From an uncultured Chlamydiae bacterium (GTDB taxonomy: Bacteria; Chlamydiota; Chlamydiia; Chlamydiales; Parachlamydiaceae), in assembly GCA_963754655.1 (NCBI GenBank), contig CAVWGN010000001.1:1888001-1952000 (forward strand): a stretch of 64,000 nucleotides of DNA, written 5' to 3'. The notes below the pieces were generated by a model. The model was not told where the DNA came from. It was given only the letters and a program-made list of their open reading frames with translations, and made no database searches. Positions 63,691 to 64,000 of the stretch are shown here, one piece after another. Position 1 is the stretch's first letter; every line of letters begins with the position of its first letter. A program made the position numbers and the translations under genes.

Positions 63691-63894
63691 TCATTTACGG
63701 CAGACAAGGCAGCACAACAAACAACAAATACTAAAAAGAATGCAAGTCACAGGTTCACAGCCCTGTCTTTCTTTAGCCAATTCCTGACGCTTTTGAATCA
63801 ATCCATCTAATTCTTGCTTCTCACTATCACTAAGTTCTCGAACACTGATTTTATGCTTGAGACGAATTTCATCGCTAACATAAGCAATGCTCAT
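63691..63894 (-). CDS. Small protein with Cys-rich hydrophobic C-terminus
   Basis: Charged helix followed by CEPVTCILFSICCLLCCLVCRK; same strand as the downstream genes. Confidence 0.55.
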   Translation of the reverse strand: MSIAYVSDEIRLKHKISVRELSDSEKQELDGLIQKRQELAKERQGCEPVTCILFSICCLLCCLVCRK

Positions 63895-64000
63895 TAGAGG
63901 AACGGCTAGAATTTGCCCCGGAATGAATAAAATGATTCCTATAAAAATACGAGCAACTTTTTGAAATCCTTGCGTTACTTTAGTTTCGATTTCTTGAACA

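Overview
AT-rich bacterial window. Its F-box/LRR, MORN and TPR-like effector-style genes suggest an amoeba-associated environmental chlamydia (Parachlamydiales-like); this is inference only. 1-5.4 kb: a TolC/MacAB-type efflux operon, a SUI1/YciH gene and a Mesh1/SAH-type HD hydrolase. 4.7-38.1 kb: a tandem array of seven units, each holding one LRR gene, a palindromic ~290-bp MITE and decaying fragments of the flanking HD and thioredoxin genes. An older eighth LRR paralog sits at 39.7-40.8 kb. The LRR proteins are built from a 46-aa (20+26) super-repeat with a nearly invariant framework and hypervariable predicted concave-face residues, and identical modules recur at different positions in different paralogs, which looks like a recombination-driven diversifying receptor/effector repertoire. 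The array is invaded by IS4 (IS50-like), IS5 (IS427-like), IS982 and an unclassified IS, several nested in REP-like palindromes; one nest carries an F-box-LRR gene. 41-64 kb: tkt-gnd-zwf, metabolic and transport genes, mscL, speE/speD with apparent signal peptides, further long palindromic elements and candidate effectors (YopT-like Cys protease, 41-aa-repeat protein, MORN protein). No rRNA, tRNA or CRISPR array was recognised.
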